A stretch of DNA of 64,000 bases. Source: Octopus sinensis. Its lineage: Eukaryota. The number at the start of each line of letters is the position of its first letter. The first letter of the stretch is position 1. A program made the translations under genes and the position numbers. The notes beneath the pieces were generated by a model. That model had not been told where the DNA came from. It did no database searches and was given only the letters and a program-made list of their open reading frames with translations. The DNA is taken from NCBI RefSeq assembly GCF_006345805.1, contig NC_043001.1, forward strand, positions 15,376,001 through 15,440,000. Reading direction: 5' to 3'. This document shows, one piece after another, positions 1-11,711 of the stretch.

Positions 1-114
1 AATCAGAGTCAGTAATATATATAGACCACAATCACTTAATTACATAGAGGAGTCAGAGTCATAGGTGCCAATAGTAGAGGAGTCGAAGTTTTTTGTTTTG
101 ACTCCACAGCCCTG
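1..114. mobile_element. Right end of an hAT-like MITE (truncated by window start)
   Basis: Ends in GACTCCACAGCCCTG with internal GGAGTC(A/G)GAGTC repeats, resembling the CAGGGCTGTGGAGTC-type terminus. Confidence 0.5.
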
Positions 115-268
115 CATGTAACTCACAGGGTGAAAGAGCCTCCATCAGTGAGAGAGAATTAAAAGAGGAGTGTTGAGAAAAGTATAATTGGAGAAACAGG
201 TTTATTGTTGAGGGATGGTGGTAATGGAGAGAGTAAGAGAGGATGAGGAGGATATTCTCAAAATTTTC

Positions 269-645
269 ATAGGCGCAGGAGTGGCTGTGTGGTAAGTAGC
301 TTGTTTACCAGCCACATAGTTCCGGGTTCAGTCCTACTGCGTTCGGGCTGACCAAAGCCTTGTGAGTGGATTTGGTAGACGGAAACTGAAAGAAGCCCGT
401 CATATATATGTATGTATATATATATATGTGTGTGTGTTTGTCCCCCAAGCATTGCTTGACAACCGATGCTGGTGTGTTTATGTCCCCATTACTTAGCGGT
501 TCAGCAATAGAGACCAATAGAATAAGTACTGGGCTTACAAAAGAATAAGTCCCGGGGTCGAGTTGCTCGATTAAAGGTGGTGCTCCAGCATGGCCGCAGT
601 CAAATGATTGAAACAAGTAAAAGAAAAAAAAAAAGAGAGTAAAAG
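269..645 (+). mobile_element. tRNA-headed SINE, family A (~370 bp)
   Basis: Head ATAGGCGCAGGAGTGGCTGTGTGG with B-box-like GGGTTCAGTCC, internal (TA)/(TG) tract, tail GAAACAAGTAAAAGAG; more than 20 copies in the window. Confidence 0.85.
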
Positions 646-908
646 ATATCAAGAAGGAGAATATGATGACAAGACTCAGGGTAAGTAAAGGTTAATATCT
701 ATAATTGTTAATATTTATAGGTTATTTCCACTGCCTTACTATAAAACAGTCCATAGAGAGTTCAACCTTGAGAGAAACAGTATGGTTCAATATTCAAACG
801 GACTGTGTTAGACTAGTTTCTTTAAACTGAACTAGACATGGCAAAACAGGAAATGGTAGTCTCTTGAACTGATAAAGAAAATTTGCTGGAAGCCTATGCC
901 ACACTCAT

Positions 909-1057
909 TTACAGTGCCCTTGCTGCTTCTGGTCTGACACAGCTACTTTTCTTGCAGGTGACCAGCACCAGATGTATTTCGTGAACTCTTGCTACAGCAA
1001 GGAGTGGCATTCTGTTTGGTGTATTTGACTTCCAGGAAATGATACTACACTTCAATC
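909..1057 (-). CDS. Putative terminal exon of the minus-strand gene (GLKCSIISWKSNTPNRMPLLAVARVHEIHLVLVTCKKSSCVRPEAARAL*)
   Basis: Polypyrimidine tract ttttcttttcttc...tgtcag acceptor; phase-1 start matches exon 2025-2103; open to TAA. Confidence 0.35.
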
Positions 1058-2024
1058 CTGACATTGTGTAGTTGGGTAGAAGAAAAGAAAATGACGTCAT
1101 GCTTCGCAAGAGAAACTCTTTTAAGAGTTAATAGATGAAACATATGTATATACTGCTAAACCTGAACAAACAGAGTAAAAATTATATAGATAAAAAGGTG
1201 ATAGAAGTTCAAAAATGTAGTGCTGTGAAAGGAAAATGATTAAAGATACTAGATGGCATTAAATTTGAATGTGTTTGGTTGGAGGACAAACACGAAAAAG
1301 AAAAGCAAAAGAATATAAGGGAAATATCAGAGATTTACACATATGTCGAAAACTATCAAATGAAAGTAAATTGATATCATAGGAAATTATATAAAATTAT
1401 AAGATGAATTAAGAAATATGGATAGCTTGTGACTATAGTTGAAATATTTTCTGTGTTGAAAGAAAAGTGTCATACAAATTTTGGATAACTCATTAATTTG
1501 AATATTTTGATTTGTGGAATAACAAATATTTTGATTTGTGGAATAACTAATTTGGATATTTTAATTTGTAAGATAACATAAATAAAAGATAAAAATAAAT
1601 AATCTCAATCATCATCATCATCATCGTTTAATGTCCGCTTTCCATGCTGGCATGGGTTGGGCAGTTTGACTGAAAGAACCACATATTGCCTACAGCAGAC
1701 CCAAAAACGTCGCTCCTTTAAAAGTGGCACCCGGGGCATCCTCCTCTAGCTACACTAGTGACCTCAACAAATTCCATCTGACCAATGCAAGCATGAGAAA
1801 GTGGACATTAAAATGATGATATATTACTGCTCAATAGAATTGTTACATTTCATCAAAATTTGAGTTGACATTTCAATTCAGATAGAATATTTTCAATGAC
1901 CTGGTTCTGGGTTCAATCCCACTGTATGATGCTGTGCAAGTATTATCACATACCATGACCTCAGAGCAACAGAATTTTTAGGTGAAATTAGGAACTGCGT
2001 AGAAGCCCATCAGTAGGACTATAC

Positions 2025-2103
2025 CTTTTATGAAAGTAAACTTATAATTTATCGCCCATTTTAACACCACCACCTGACCTGAAGGTGCCTTTAGCAGAGT
2101 CCA
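2025..2103 (-). CDS. Putative exon (WTLLKAPSGQVVVLKWAINYKFTFIK-G)
   Basis: Acceptor cctttttctgatttttgcaacag, donor GTATAG; separated from exon 2170-2250 by a 66-nt intron with a tgactaat branch-like motif. Confidence 0.4.
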
Positions 2104-2169
2104 CTGTTGCAAAAATCAGAAAAAGGTGTCTGCTCTGAGAATAATCCATTAGTCACAGTTTTTTTTTAC

Positions 2170-2250
2170 CTTTTCACCAAACTTGGAGGTCCTTCTTCTT
2201 CTGACTAGGTTATTACATAGAAAGCACATCTGAAACTTTATTTTCAAGTC
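2170..2250 (-). CDS. Putative exon (DLKIKFQMCFLCNNLVRRRRTSKFGEK)
   Basis: AG acceptor and GTAAAA donor, phase 0-0; the acceptor choice is ambiguous. Confidence 0.35.
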
Positions 2251-2399
2251 CTGAAATATCCTAATTTACATAACCAACGCTTCAAAATGGAACAGTTTTG
2301 AAGCATAAGAAGTGAAAGAATTTGGGTGTTATACATTTGAAAAAAGCTGAAGCTGTGTGTACAGCCAGAGAGTATGTAAATAAAATAACAAGTAATAAT

Positions 2400-2680
2400 T
2401 GATGTCAGTGCTGCCTGACTGGCACCTGTGCTGGTGGCACGTAAAAAGTACAATTCAAGTGTCGCCTGACTGGCTCTCATGCCACTGGCACATAAAAAGC
2501 ATCCACTACTCCCTCAGAGTGATTGGCATTAGGAAGGGCATCCAGCTGTAGAAACCTTGCCAGATCAGATTGGAGCCTGGTACAGCTTCCTGGCTTGCCA
2601 GTCTTCAATTAAACTGTCCAACTCATGCCAGCATGGAAAGCAGACATTAAACAATGATGATCATTATGATGATGATGATA
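2400..2680 (+). mobile_element. (ATG)n-tailed RTE-associated SINE-like element, family D
   Basis: GTGGCACGTAAAAAGCACC units, AGGAAGGGCATCCAGCTGTAGAAA motif, tail GCATGGAAAGCAGAC...(GAT)n. Confidence 0.75.
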
Positions 2681-2739
2681 TGGAACTTTCAGTTTAAGAA
2701 CTTGTAGAATAAGGAATAAAATGGTGCAAAAAAATAACT

Positions 2740-3062
2740 AGTGGGAAAAAGAGTGGAACGTAAAAAGCACCATCCAACCGTGGCCGTTGCCAGCTTCGTC
2801 TGGTCTCCGTGCCGGTGGCACATAAAAAGCACCATCCGATCGTGGCCGTTTGCCAGCCTCGTCTGGCACCTGTGCTGGTGGCACGTAAAAAGTACCCACT
2901 ACACTCACGGAGTGGTTGGTATTAGGAAGGGCATCCAGCTGTAGAAACACTGCCAGATCAGACTGGGCCTGGTGCAGCCTTCTGGCTTCCCAGACCCCAA
3001 GTGAACCATCCAACCCATGCTAGCATGGAAAGCAGACGTTAAACGATGATGATGATGATGAT
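2740..3062 (+). mobile_element. Family D element followed by (TA)n
   Basis: Same motifs; ends TAAACGATGATGATG. Confidence 0.8.
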
Positions 3063-3126
<64 letters not shown>

Positions 3127-3924
3127 CATATATATGTGTATACTTTTTTTTTATTCTAACACATTTGCTTCATAAATTGATGAAGATATATTTTTGGCAA
3201 AGGAAAATTTCATTCCGAAGTACTACTAGTTATATATTACCTTGATTTTGGGAGAATGAAAGACAAAATCAAAAGTTCACTAGATACAAATAAGGTAGCT
3301 AGTTCTTAGAAATAATAAAAACATTTTTTAAAATTGTAAAAGAGAAAGAGTAATAATACCAATGAAAATTAAATAGAAATCCATTTATAATCAACTTTTA
3401 AATGTGTACTCCTTGTCTCTCATACACACATGCACACTTCCAAACCCAATCCAGTGGTATGGTTTCTATCACCATTCCAAACCTGACACCAATCCCCTGT
3501 GAAGGTATTTAATGAAACTGAAGTAAAGGGCCAGCCCTTCCCTTTCCTATCCCCTGTTACATTGAGGTATGGGATGGATGGTAATTCCAGAGCATTTTTG
3601 TTTTTTCTTAAGGGTACATAAAATTAGTAGTGAACTGCCAGAGTCATTAGAGTGTGGGACTAAATGCCATGCAGTATTTGTTCTCTGTACCCTGAGTTCA
3701 AATCCCATCAAGGTCAACTTTGCCTGTTAGTGCATCAAGGTTGATAAAATGAAACACCAATTCAAGGTGGTGAATTAGTAGAGTTGGTAGACTGTTTGAT
3801 GAAATGCAGTGTATTTATTGTAGTTTGTTACATTTCAAGTTCTTGGGTGATAGACTTAAAATGTTGCTTGGTTTAAGCATCTGGTACCTGGGTGCAGTTG
3901 ACAGAGTTCCTCTGTTGCTAGCAT

Positions 3925-3986
3925 TCAGGCAAGACCTCTAGTTTGAGGATAAGTTCCTCCCTTTACCCATACCAGTTTTGGAGGCC
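3925..3986 (-). CDS. Putative exon (G-PPKLVWVKGGTYPQTRGLA*); may instead splice internally at GTATGG or GTAAAG
   Basis: Acceptor actttattttcag; phase 1 matches exon 6561-6650. Confidence 0.5.
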
Positions 3987-4074
3987 CTGAAAATAAAGTA
4001 CCATACGCATATCCCTTCTGTCTCTGACTAAATGGTAAATTTAAAAAAAAAACTGATATTGAATAATTATATCA

Positions 4075-4470
4075 TCATTATTGTCGTCGTCATCATTTAA
4101 CGTCTACTTTCCATGCTGGCATGGGTTAGACAGTTTGACTGAGAACTGACAAGCCAGGAAGCTGCACCAGGCTCTAATCTGATTTGGCAAGATTTCTCCA
4201 CCTGGATGCCCTTCCTAATGCCAATCACTCCTAGAGTGCAGTGAGTGCTTTTATGTACCACCAGCACAAGAGTCAATCATGTGGCACGGGCATTGGCCAC
4301 GCTCGAATGGAGCATTTTACATGTCACCGGCATGGGTACCAGTCAGGCAGCACTGGCATCGGCCATGCTCAAGTGGCATTTTTTATGTGCCACCGGCACA
4401 GGTGCCAGTCAAGTGGCACTGTCATCAGCCATGACTACGATCTCACTTGGATTGCTGGGTCTTCTCAAGC
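4075..4470 (-). mobile_element. Family D element
   Basis: Reverse complement of the family D tail plus internal ~60-bp units. Confidence 0.75.
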
Positions 4471-4524
4471 AGGGTCTTATTCATTTAAAAAGTTTACATC
4501 AAGTTATATGTCAATGAAATATAG

Positions 4525-4700
4525 AAAGTGGAAGGTGGTGAGCTGGCAGAAATGTTAGCATGTTGGGCAAAGTGCTTAGCGGTATTTTGTCTATCTTCAC
4601 ATTCTCAGTTCAAATTCCGCCGAGGTCAACATTGCCTTTCATCCTTCCAGGATCAATGAATTAAGTACCAGTTGCCTACTGGGGTTGATCTAATCGACTG
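4525..4700 (+). mobile_element. tRNA-headed SINE, family B (CpG-decayed)
   Basis: GGTGGTGAGCTGGCAGAAATGTTAGC...TTCAAATTCC...CCTTTCATCC...AGTACCAG. Confidence 0.8.
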
Positions 4701-4837
4701 ACCCTCGCCCCAAATATTTTTTAAATATTGATTTTTGACACTGGGACAAGACCAGACATTTTGTGGGAGGGTACAGTCAATCCCTTTAACCTTAGTATCT
4801 TAGTGGTACTATTTCATCAACCCTAGGCCATTATGTG

Positions 4838-5080
4838 GAGATGCATGTCTTAGTGGTTAGGGTACTGGACTCATGATCATAAGATTGTGGTTTCGATTCC
4901 TGGACTGGGTGATGTGTTGTGTTCTTGAGCAAAACACTTCATTTCACATTGCTCCAGTCCACTCAGCTGGCAAAAAGGAGTAATCCTGCAACGGATTGGT
5001 GTCCCGTCCAGGTAGGAAATATACACACCATGGAAACTGGCCCTATGAGTCTATAAGACTTGGAAATGAACTTTATTTTT
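4838..5080 (+). mobile_element. tRNA-headed SINE, family E (V-SINE-like domain)
   Basis: A/B-box-like head TTAGTGGTTAGG...GGTTTCGATTCC; CTGCAACGGATTGGTGTCCCGTCCAGG resembles the V domain; other copies at ~8770-8915(-), ~24700-24873(-), ~40075-40240(+), ~60430-60600(-). Confidence 0.65.
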
Positions 5081-5117
5081 ACTCAGGTCATTCTTTATAT
5101 ATTTTGATACTTTTATA

Positions 5118-5163
<46 letters not shown>

Positions 5164-5234
5164 ATATGTTGATAGAAATGGTAAGACAACAAAAGAATGA
5201 AAGAGACCTCAATATTATGTAAATAGAGGAATTT

Positions 5235-5462
5235 ATCTGTAAAAATAATATGTGACAATTATTCGGTAGCCATGATAAAACTCCGAGCTTCGGATGTCAG
5301 GGCAGAAACCCACACCGCCGTCTTTTCAGTTATCCGGCCATCAAAAAATGCTATGATGGCCGAATAACTGAAACGATGGCGGCGTGGGTTTCCACCCTGA
5401 CATCCGAAACTCGGAGTTTTATCATGGCTACCGAATAATTGTCACATATTATATTTACAGAT
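5235..5462. repeat. Long palindrome (109-bp arms, 10-nt loop) of a Penelope-like element end
   Basis: Arms 5235-5343 and 5354-5462 are reverse complements; the arm is homologous to 32455-32560. Confidence 0.75.
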
Positions 5463-5644
5463 ATATCTATATTATAATTCTAATCCACTGCATTAAAGCA
5501 GGGATTAAAGAACAGTTACCACACAGTCAAAAAGTAATTCTTTTGGAATTTACCTCAGTATTTCATTTTATGATGCTTCATAGCATGGTTTTCTGCTGCC
5601 CACTTTCTTCCAGTCTTTCCAGACTTGCCACACACACACACACA

Positions 5645-5875
5645 CCCTCATCATCACATGATGTTCACTTTTCCATGCTTACACAGGTCAGATAAAATTT
5701 GAGGTACATTTTCTATGGTTGGATGCCCTTCCTACCACCAACCCTCATCTGTTTCCAAGCAAGGAAATTTTCCCACAGCAAGACAAGTTTTTCACGAAGG
5801 ACTGGAAACAAATGACACTGCTTGTATGACAGTGCTACTCATTTACAACCATCACATGATGTCAGAAGAAGGGGG
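5645..5875 (-). mobile_element. SINE-like family F with RTE-type tail
   Basis: GGTTGGATGCCCTTCCT motif and CCATCACATGATGTCA; related copies at ~28030-28270, ~34260-34470, ~41040-41250. Confidence 0.6.
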
Positions 5876-6074
5876 GACACAAACTTCCCTCCAGCACACA
5901 ATGGGTTTCTTTTAGTTTCTGTCTTCCAAATCCACTCACAAACATTGATCAGCCCAGTGCTATAGGAGAAAACACTTGCTTAAGGTGCCACACAATGAAA
6001 TTGAACACAAGACCATATGGTTAGCAAACCAGTTCATTCACCATACAGCCATGCCTGCACCTATAGCCACGCCT

Positions 6075-6475
6075 GGTAGAAACATTAGCATGCCGGGCAA
6101 AATGTGTAGCCGTATTTCGTCTGTCGTTATGTTCTGAGTTCAAATTCCGCCAAGGTCGACTTTGCCTTTCATCCTTTCGGGGTCGATAAAGTACCAGCTT
6201 TGCACTGGGGGTTGATGTAATCGACTTAATCCCTTTGTCTGTCCTTGTTTGTCCTCTCTGTGTTTAGCCCCTTGTGGGTAGTAAAGAAATAGGTATTTTA
6301 CCTGTCATTACGTTCTGAGTTCAAATTCCGCTGAGGTCGACTTTGCCTTTCGTCCTTTCGGGGTCCATAAATAAAGTACCAGTTTCACACTGGGGTCGAT
6401 GTAATCGACTTAATCCCTTTGTCTGTCCTTGTTTGTCCCCTCTATGTTTAGCCCCTTGTGGGTAGTAAAGAAATA
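6075..6475 (+). mobile_element. SINE family B, tandem dimer of the body
   Basis: Body GTATTTCGTCTG...AAAGAAATAG repeated at a ~182-bp period. Confidence 0.8.
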
Positions 6476-6560
6476 TTTAGCCACGCCTGTATTAATGTGC
6501 ATACTTAAAATGCTTTCGGCAGCAGAAATTTTCAAATAGTCATGCATTTAATTTATAAAC

Positions 6561-6650
6561 CTTGCATAATTAATTTCCTTGGTGCTTTGTAACCTTGATA
6601 AGTCAAATAGAGGCTTTTCCACCAAGAATAATTAACATAATTTCTGTGTC
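6561..6650 (-). CDS. Exon (G-HRNYVNYSWWKSLYLTYQGYKAPRKLIMQ-G) of the unidentified gene
   Basis: Acceptor ggttattttatag, 90 nt, phase 1-1, donor GTTTAT (weak). Confidence 0.65.
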
Positions 6651-6829
6651 CTATAAAATAACCATAACACATACATAATTTACTTCATCACACTCAACTC
6701 TATCTCAACCAGAACAGAGTCAGCAATAAATCCAAAATATAATTAATATTATGTAAATCCAAAATTCACAAACCTAATTACAACTTCAAAATTTGCAATA
6801 TAGAAAATATGATTTTTCTGAACACTAAC

Positions 6830-6968
6830 CTTTTGACAATTCATTTATCACATTAGTAGCAGCTCCTCTCTTGTTGTTGACAAGTTTAGGAAGAGACTTG
6901 GAAAGCTGGGCTATTTCAGTTGACAATTTGCCCAAATCATTTGGGTCTACCATCATCCACCCTCGTTT
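6830..6968 (-). CDS. Exon (KRGWMMVDPNDLGKLSTEIAQLSKSLPKLVNNKRGAATNVINELSK-G)
   Basis: Acceptor cttgtattgcag, donor GTTAGT, 139 nt open, phase 0-1. Confidence 0.75.
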
Positions 6969-7204
6969 CTGCAATACAAGCATGAAGTGCTTAAAATATT
7001 ATCGAAATGTTTGATAAAAGAACTCAATTAAATGCAAAATGTGTCCAAATATAAAATCCTTTAAATTGTTTCAGTTTGTCTTTTTTTTTAATTAAAAATT
7101 AAAACATTGAAATATTGTGTATCATGAGGAGAGAAAAATATCTTATGTTTCAAGCAGAACTCTTTATCATCACTGTCTTTCTCTTCTGTTCTGGCTTTTA
7201 TCCA

Positions 7205-7455
7205 AAGTTACAGTTTCTTATTTCTTTACTGCCCACAAGGGGCTACACACAGAGGGGACAAACAAGGACAGACAAACGGATTAAGTCGATTATATCGATC
7301 CCAGTGCATAACTGGTATTTATTTAATCAACCCTGAAAGGATGAAGGGCAAAGTCGACCTCGGCGTAATTTGAACTCAGAACGTTGCGGCAGATGAAATA
7401 CCGCTAAGCATTTTGCCCGGCATGCTAACATTTCTGCCAGCTCGCCGCCTTTCCA
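7205..7455 (-). mobile_element. SINE family B
   Basis: Reverse complement of the family B head and body. Confidence 0.85.
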
Positions 7456-7499
7456 AAGTTAGAGTTTCTGACACACAACTCTGCTATCTTCATTTATCT

Positions 7500-7851
7500 C
7501 CTTTTACTTGCTTCAGTCACTGGACTGCAGCCATGTTGCGGCACCACCTTAAAAGGTTATGTCAAACAATCAAACTTAGGGCATACTCTTCAGCCAAGTA
7601 CTTATTCTGTCAATCTATTTTGCAAAACTGCTAAGTTATGGAGATATAAACAAACTAAAACCAATTCTCAAGCAGTAAAGGCAACAAACACACACACACA
7701 CACACATGCAATAATGGGGTTCTACAAAGTTTCAATCTCCCAAATTCACTCACAAAGCATTGGTCAGCCTATGGCTATAGAACAAGACACTAGTCCAAAG
7801 TGCTGCACAGTGGTACTGAAACCAAGACCACATGGCTGTGAAGCAAGCTTC
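7500..7851 (-). mobile_element. SINE family A (diverged)
   Basis: Reverse complement of family A motifs with a (CA)n tract. Confidence 0.7.
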
Positions 7852-7929
7852 AGTCTTTAAAGATTATTATATTTTTGCGTAATTCAAGTAAAATAATATT
7901 CTGATGTTAAACAAAATTTTATCACAAAC

Positions 7930-8019
7930 CTTTTCGCTGCCATTTGTCCAGGAAATCCAAGACATCCATGTCTTCTGCCAAGATTCTAAATTGCTTGATA
8001 ACTTTTTAATCAACAATCC
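7930..8019 (-). CDS. Exon (GLLIKKLSSNLESWQKTWMSWISWTNGSEK)
   Basis: Acceptor ttttgtatttattttgccag, donor GTTTGT, only open frame, phase 0-0. Confidence 0.75.
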
Positions 8020-8348
8020 CTGGCAAAATAAATACAAAATATATCAAAGTAAGATAATATAATTTTTCAAAATAATTACCTCATTTGAAGGGGATTTTTT
8101 TTTTTTATATTTACATTTACACTATAAGCACTCAGTAAAGTGGTTCATGACAGGAAGAGAATCCAGCAATAGAGGTGAAGTCAAAATAACATGCATGAGC
8201 AACAATCAATGGAGGGTAGTGACTCCCAATAAGAAATGATTTGGACTATGATGACCCATCAGATCCATGCAAGCACTGAAGTAAATATTGTCTCAAGCCT
8301 TAAGACTCATGGGGTTGGTTATCTGGTTCCCATGGTGGATAAATGACC

Positions 8349-8735
8349 AGGAGAGGCTGTGTGGTAAGTAGCTTGCTTACCAACCACATGGTTCTGGGTT
8401 CAGTCCCACTGCGTGACACCTTGGGCAAGTGTCTTCTACTATAGCCTTGGGCCAACCAAAGCCTTGTGGGTGGATCTGGTAGATGGAAACTGAAAAAAGC
8501 CCATCGTATATATGTATGCGTGTGTATATGTTTGTGTGTCTGTGTTTGTCCCTCCACCTTTGCTTGACAACTGATGTTGGTGTGTTTACGTTCCCGTAAC
8601 TTAGCGGTTCGGCAAAAGAGTCCGATAGAATAAGTACTACGCTTACAAAGAATCAGTCCTGGGGTTGATTTACTCGACTAAAAGCAGTGCTCCAGCATGA
8701 CCACAGTCAAATGACTGACACAAATAAAAGAAAGA
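8349..8735 (+). mobile_element. SINE family A
   Basis: Full head-to-tail match to 269-645. Confidence 0.85.
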
Positions 8736-9111
8736 TCACAAGGTGCTCCCAGAAAGGGATGAGAGTCTGTAACAGGGTTACTACTCATTTTACAGCTGAG
8801 TGAACTGGAGCAATGTGAAATGAAGTGTTTGGCTCAAGAACACAACGTACTGCCCAGCCCAAGAATTCAAACTATGATCATGCAATTTTCTAAAAACTAG
8901 GCCAAACACCTTCATGTGATGCAAGAATGCAAAGTGGATGTAAAACGATGATGACTACGTTTCTAATTATGCAATTTCTGATCATTGTTTTATTCTTTGA
9001 TATGTACATAATAACAGGTTTGATAAAAGCAAGGAACCTGTATTTCCAAACTAAGGGTAATAAGATTTAAATCTACAAGACCACTGGCATACATGTTCAG
9101 AAATGAGATAC

Positions 9112-9204
9112 CTTGTGATGTTCAGATATCAAACCAATCAAATTATTGTGGATGTAAATATTGCAAAGGTCATGAGAGAGGTTACCCAGCGCCTTCAAAA
9201 CTGT
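9112..9204 (-). CDS. Exon (TVLKALGNLSHDLCNIYIHNNLIGLISEHHK)
   Basis: tag acceptor, AAG|GTATCT donor, 93 nt, phase 0-0. Confidence 0.6.
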
Positions 9205-9387
9205 CTATTTGTTCAAGTAATATGATACTACAACAATTTATTACTGAGTTTCTGAATATTATGAATTGTATGACAAGTTAATATTGTTAACTTAATTTGT
9301 CATATCTGTTTTTCTTTTTTTTTTATTTAAATTGTTATTTACATTCTGTACTTCTGTTAATAAAATATAAAACATTAAAAAATTGCT

Positions 9388-10037
9388 TTCTACTCTAGGC
9401 ACAAGGCCTGAAATTTTGGGAAAGGTTGGGCCCAGTTGATTAGATCAACCCAAGTATGCAACTGGAACTTAATTTATTGACCCTGAAAGGAAGAAAGGCA
9501 CAACTGACCTCAACAGAATTTGAACTCAGAACGTAAAGACAGACAAAATACCACAAAGCATTTCACCCAGCGTGCTAATGATTCTTATTTCTTTACTGCC
9601 CACAAGGGGCTAAACATAGAGGGAGACAAACAAGGACAGACAAAGGGATTAAGTCGATTACATAGACCTCAGTTCGTAACTGGTACTTATTAATTTATTG
9701 ACCCCAAAAGGATGAAAGGCAAAGTCGACCTCGGCAGAATTTGAACTCAGAACGTAATGGCAGACGAAATACCGCTAAGTATTTCACCAGCGTGCTAACA
9801 TTTCTGCCAGCTTGCCACCTTCAAAAAAGGCTAAACATAGAGGGGACAGACAAGAACAGACAAAGTGATTAAGTCAATTACATCGACCCCAGTGCGTAAC
9901 TGGTACTTATTTAATCAACTCTAAAAAGACGAACGGCTAAGTCGACCTCGGCAGAATTTTAACAGAATGTAGTGGCAGACAAAATACCGCTAAGCATTTC
10001 GCCCTGCGTGCTAATGTTTCTGCCAGCTTGCAGCCTT
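9388..10037 (-). mobile_element. Cluster of SINE family B bodies
   Basis: Repeated GAAAGGCAAAGTCGACCTCGGC...TGAACTCAGAACG units. Confidence 0.8.
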
Positions 10038-10105
10038 CAAAAAAAAATATTACAATAGAGATGAGGCTAATAGCTCTAAAAATGGTAAACAGCAAATTAG
10101 TTTAA

Positions 10106-10326
10106 CCCTTTAGCATTTAAACTGGCCATATCCAGCCAAAAGTATTCTGCCTGTTTTATGTTCAAACTGGCCAGATCTGGTCTCTCACACCAACCCTACA
10201 ATATTGTTTTAAAAATTAACAGCTACCTCATCAAAATCTCATAGCTACAAGATAATGCATGATTAGTTCAAAACAAAGTGGATGAAAAAGCATTAATTTT
10301 GGTAGAATAATGCAAACAATAGAGGG
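10106..10326. mobile_element. piggyBac-type MITE
   Basis: TTAA|CCCTTTAG ... AGAGGG|TTAA termini and TSD; a related end lies at ~16750-16800. Confidence 0.65.
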
Positions 10327-10341
10327 TTAAGCAGGTTTTAC

Positions 10342-10529
10342 AAAATATGGCCACAGTTTACTTGATGGAACCAATAGAAGAGTATATAAAAATAAAGCCA
10401 GCTTAAGTTTTAACTTGATTTTATTGACATCATTGTCAGCTTTGGTGGCAATGTCATCACCAGAATATAGAACAAACACTAAATCTGACATCATTTTCTT
10501 TTTTACTCGAGTAAGCTTATTTAAATAAT
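10342..10529 (-). CDS. Exon (D-YLNKLTRVKKKMMSDLVFVLYSGDDIATKADNDVNKIKLKLKLALFLYTLLLVPSSKLWPYF)
   Basis: ctttag acceptor, 188 nt open in AT-rich DNA, phase 1-0; donor GTAAAA uncertain. Confidence 0.55.
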
Positions 10530-11319
10530 CTAAAGATCACTGAGTAACAATATCAAAAAACGGAACAAAAAGAAACAATACGTGTACATAAAACAAACAT
10601 ATAAAACATGCTTCAAAATATACTTATTTTTAGTTTTTCCATCTTAACTATTTATGACAATAATGAAAATGACAGTTGACTTAGCATTGAGTGGCTGCAA
10701 ATTATTTTCAAAATAGATTCCACCCACTGAAATGATCCAGTAAAGTGAACTGGTACAACAACCCTAGTCATTAGCACTAAAACTCACTTCTCTTTTGTTG
10801 GCATAATTACAATTATTTATACAGCTTTCTAACTTCATTCTCTTCTTGCTTTTTTTGATTCGTTTATTTTTTATTATATATATATTTTTTTTTGCTCTTT
10901 TTACCCTTTCATTCATAACACCTAACAAGGTCTTTTACTATCACTACTTTCTGTCTGTCTTTGATCTGTCACTGTATGACTCTGCGTGAGTGTGTGTACA
11001 TGTGTGTGTGTGTGTGTGTGAGTGTGCGCGCACCTAACATTATTATTTGTTGCACACAAGGTGAGAGTCAAATGTCAAATGTCTGTACTCCCTCTCTCTC
11101 TCTCTCTCATTCACTATTTTTAACCATCAGCATTTATCAATGGAACAAAGCAAATGGGAAGTAGCAACATTTATTCCTTTACCAACAGAATTGTTATTGT
11201 AAATAAAATAACTACAACAACTGAAGAACAGATACATAATGTACCAGGAATTATTTTACTGTGTATTCTATAGCACTCGCATAACCAAGAGTAAAGTATG
11301 TTTGTGTGTGTATACATAC

Positions 11320-11680
11320 ACACTCATGCTTTTATATACACACATACTTTTATACACACACACACATATATATATATATACACACACACACACATATAAC
11401 ACAGACTTATATAACACACACATGCTTTTATACACATATGCATTTACACACATGCTTTTATACATACATATACACACACACTTTTATTCCCACATATATA
11501 CACACATGCTTTTATACACACATATACACACACACATGCTTTTATACACACACATACATGCTTTTATACACATATATACACACACACACATGCTTTTATA
11601 CACACACATACATGCTTTTATACACATATATACACACAAACATGCTTTTATACAGACACACACACATGTGAGTCACTTAC
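11320..11680. repeat. Compound minisatellite CATGCTTTTATACACA with variable (CA)/(TA) spacers
   Basis: Motif recurs about 8 times. Confidence 0.8.
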
Positions 11681-11711
11681 AAAACACTTAAAACAATGTT
11701 TTGCAATGCAT

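Noticed and set aside
267-652. Recurrent ORFs such as MLGGQTQTHKH... and ...SRSGTEPGTMWLV
   Set aside because: Chance frames of SINE family A, repeated at each copy.
647-1020. Plus-strand exons YQEGEYDDKTQ-G and DQHQMYFVNSCYSKEW
   Set aside because: The first acceptor lies in a purine-rich SINE tail, and the segment overlaps the better-supported minus exon.
10440-10480. YSGDD as an RNA-virus polymerase motif C (endogenous virus)
   Set aside because: No motifs A/B at proper spacing, and the segment is bounded by splice sites within a host exon chain.
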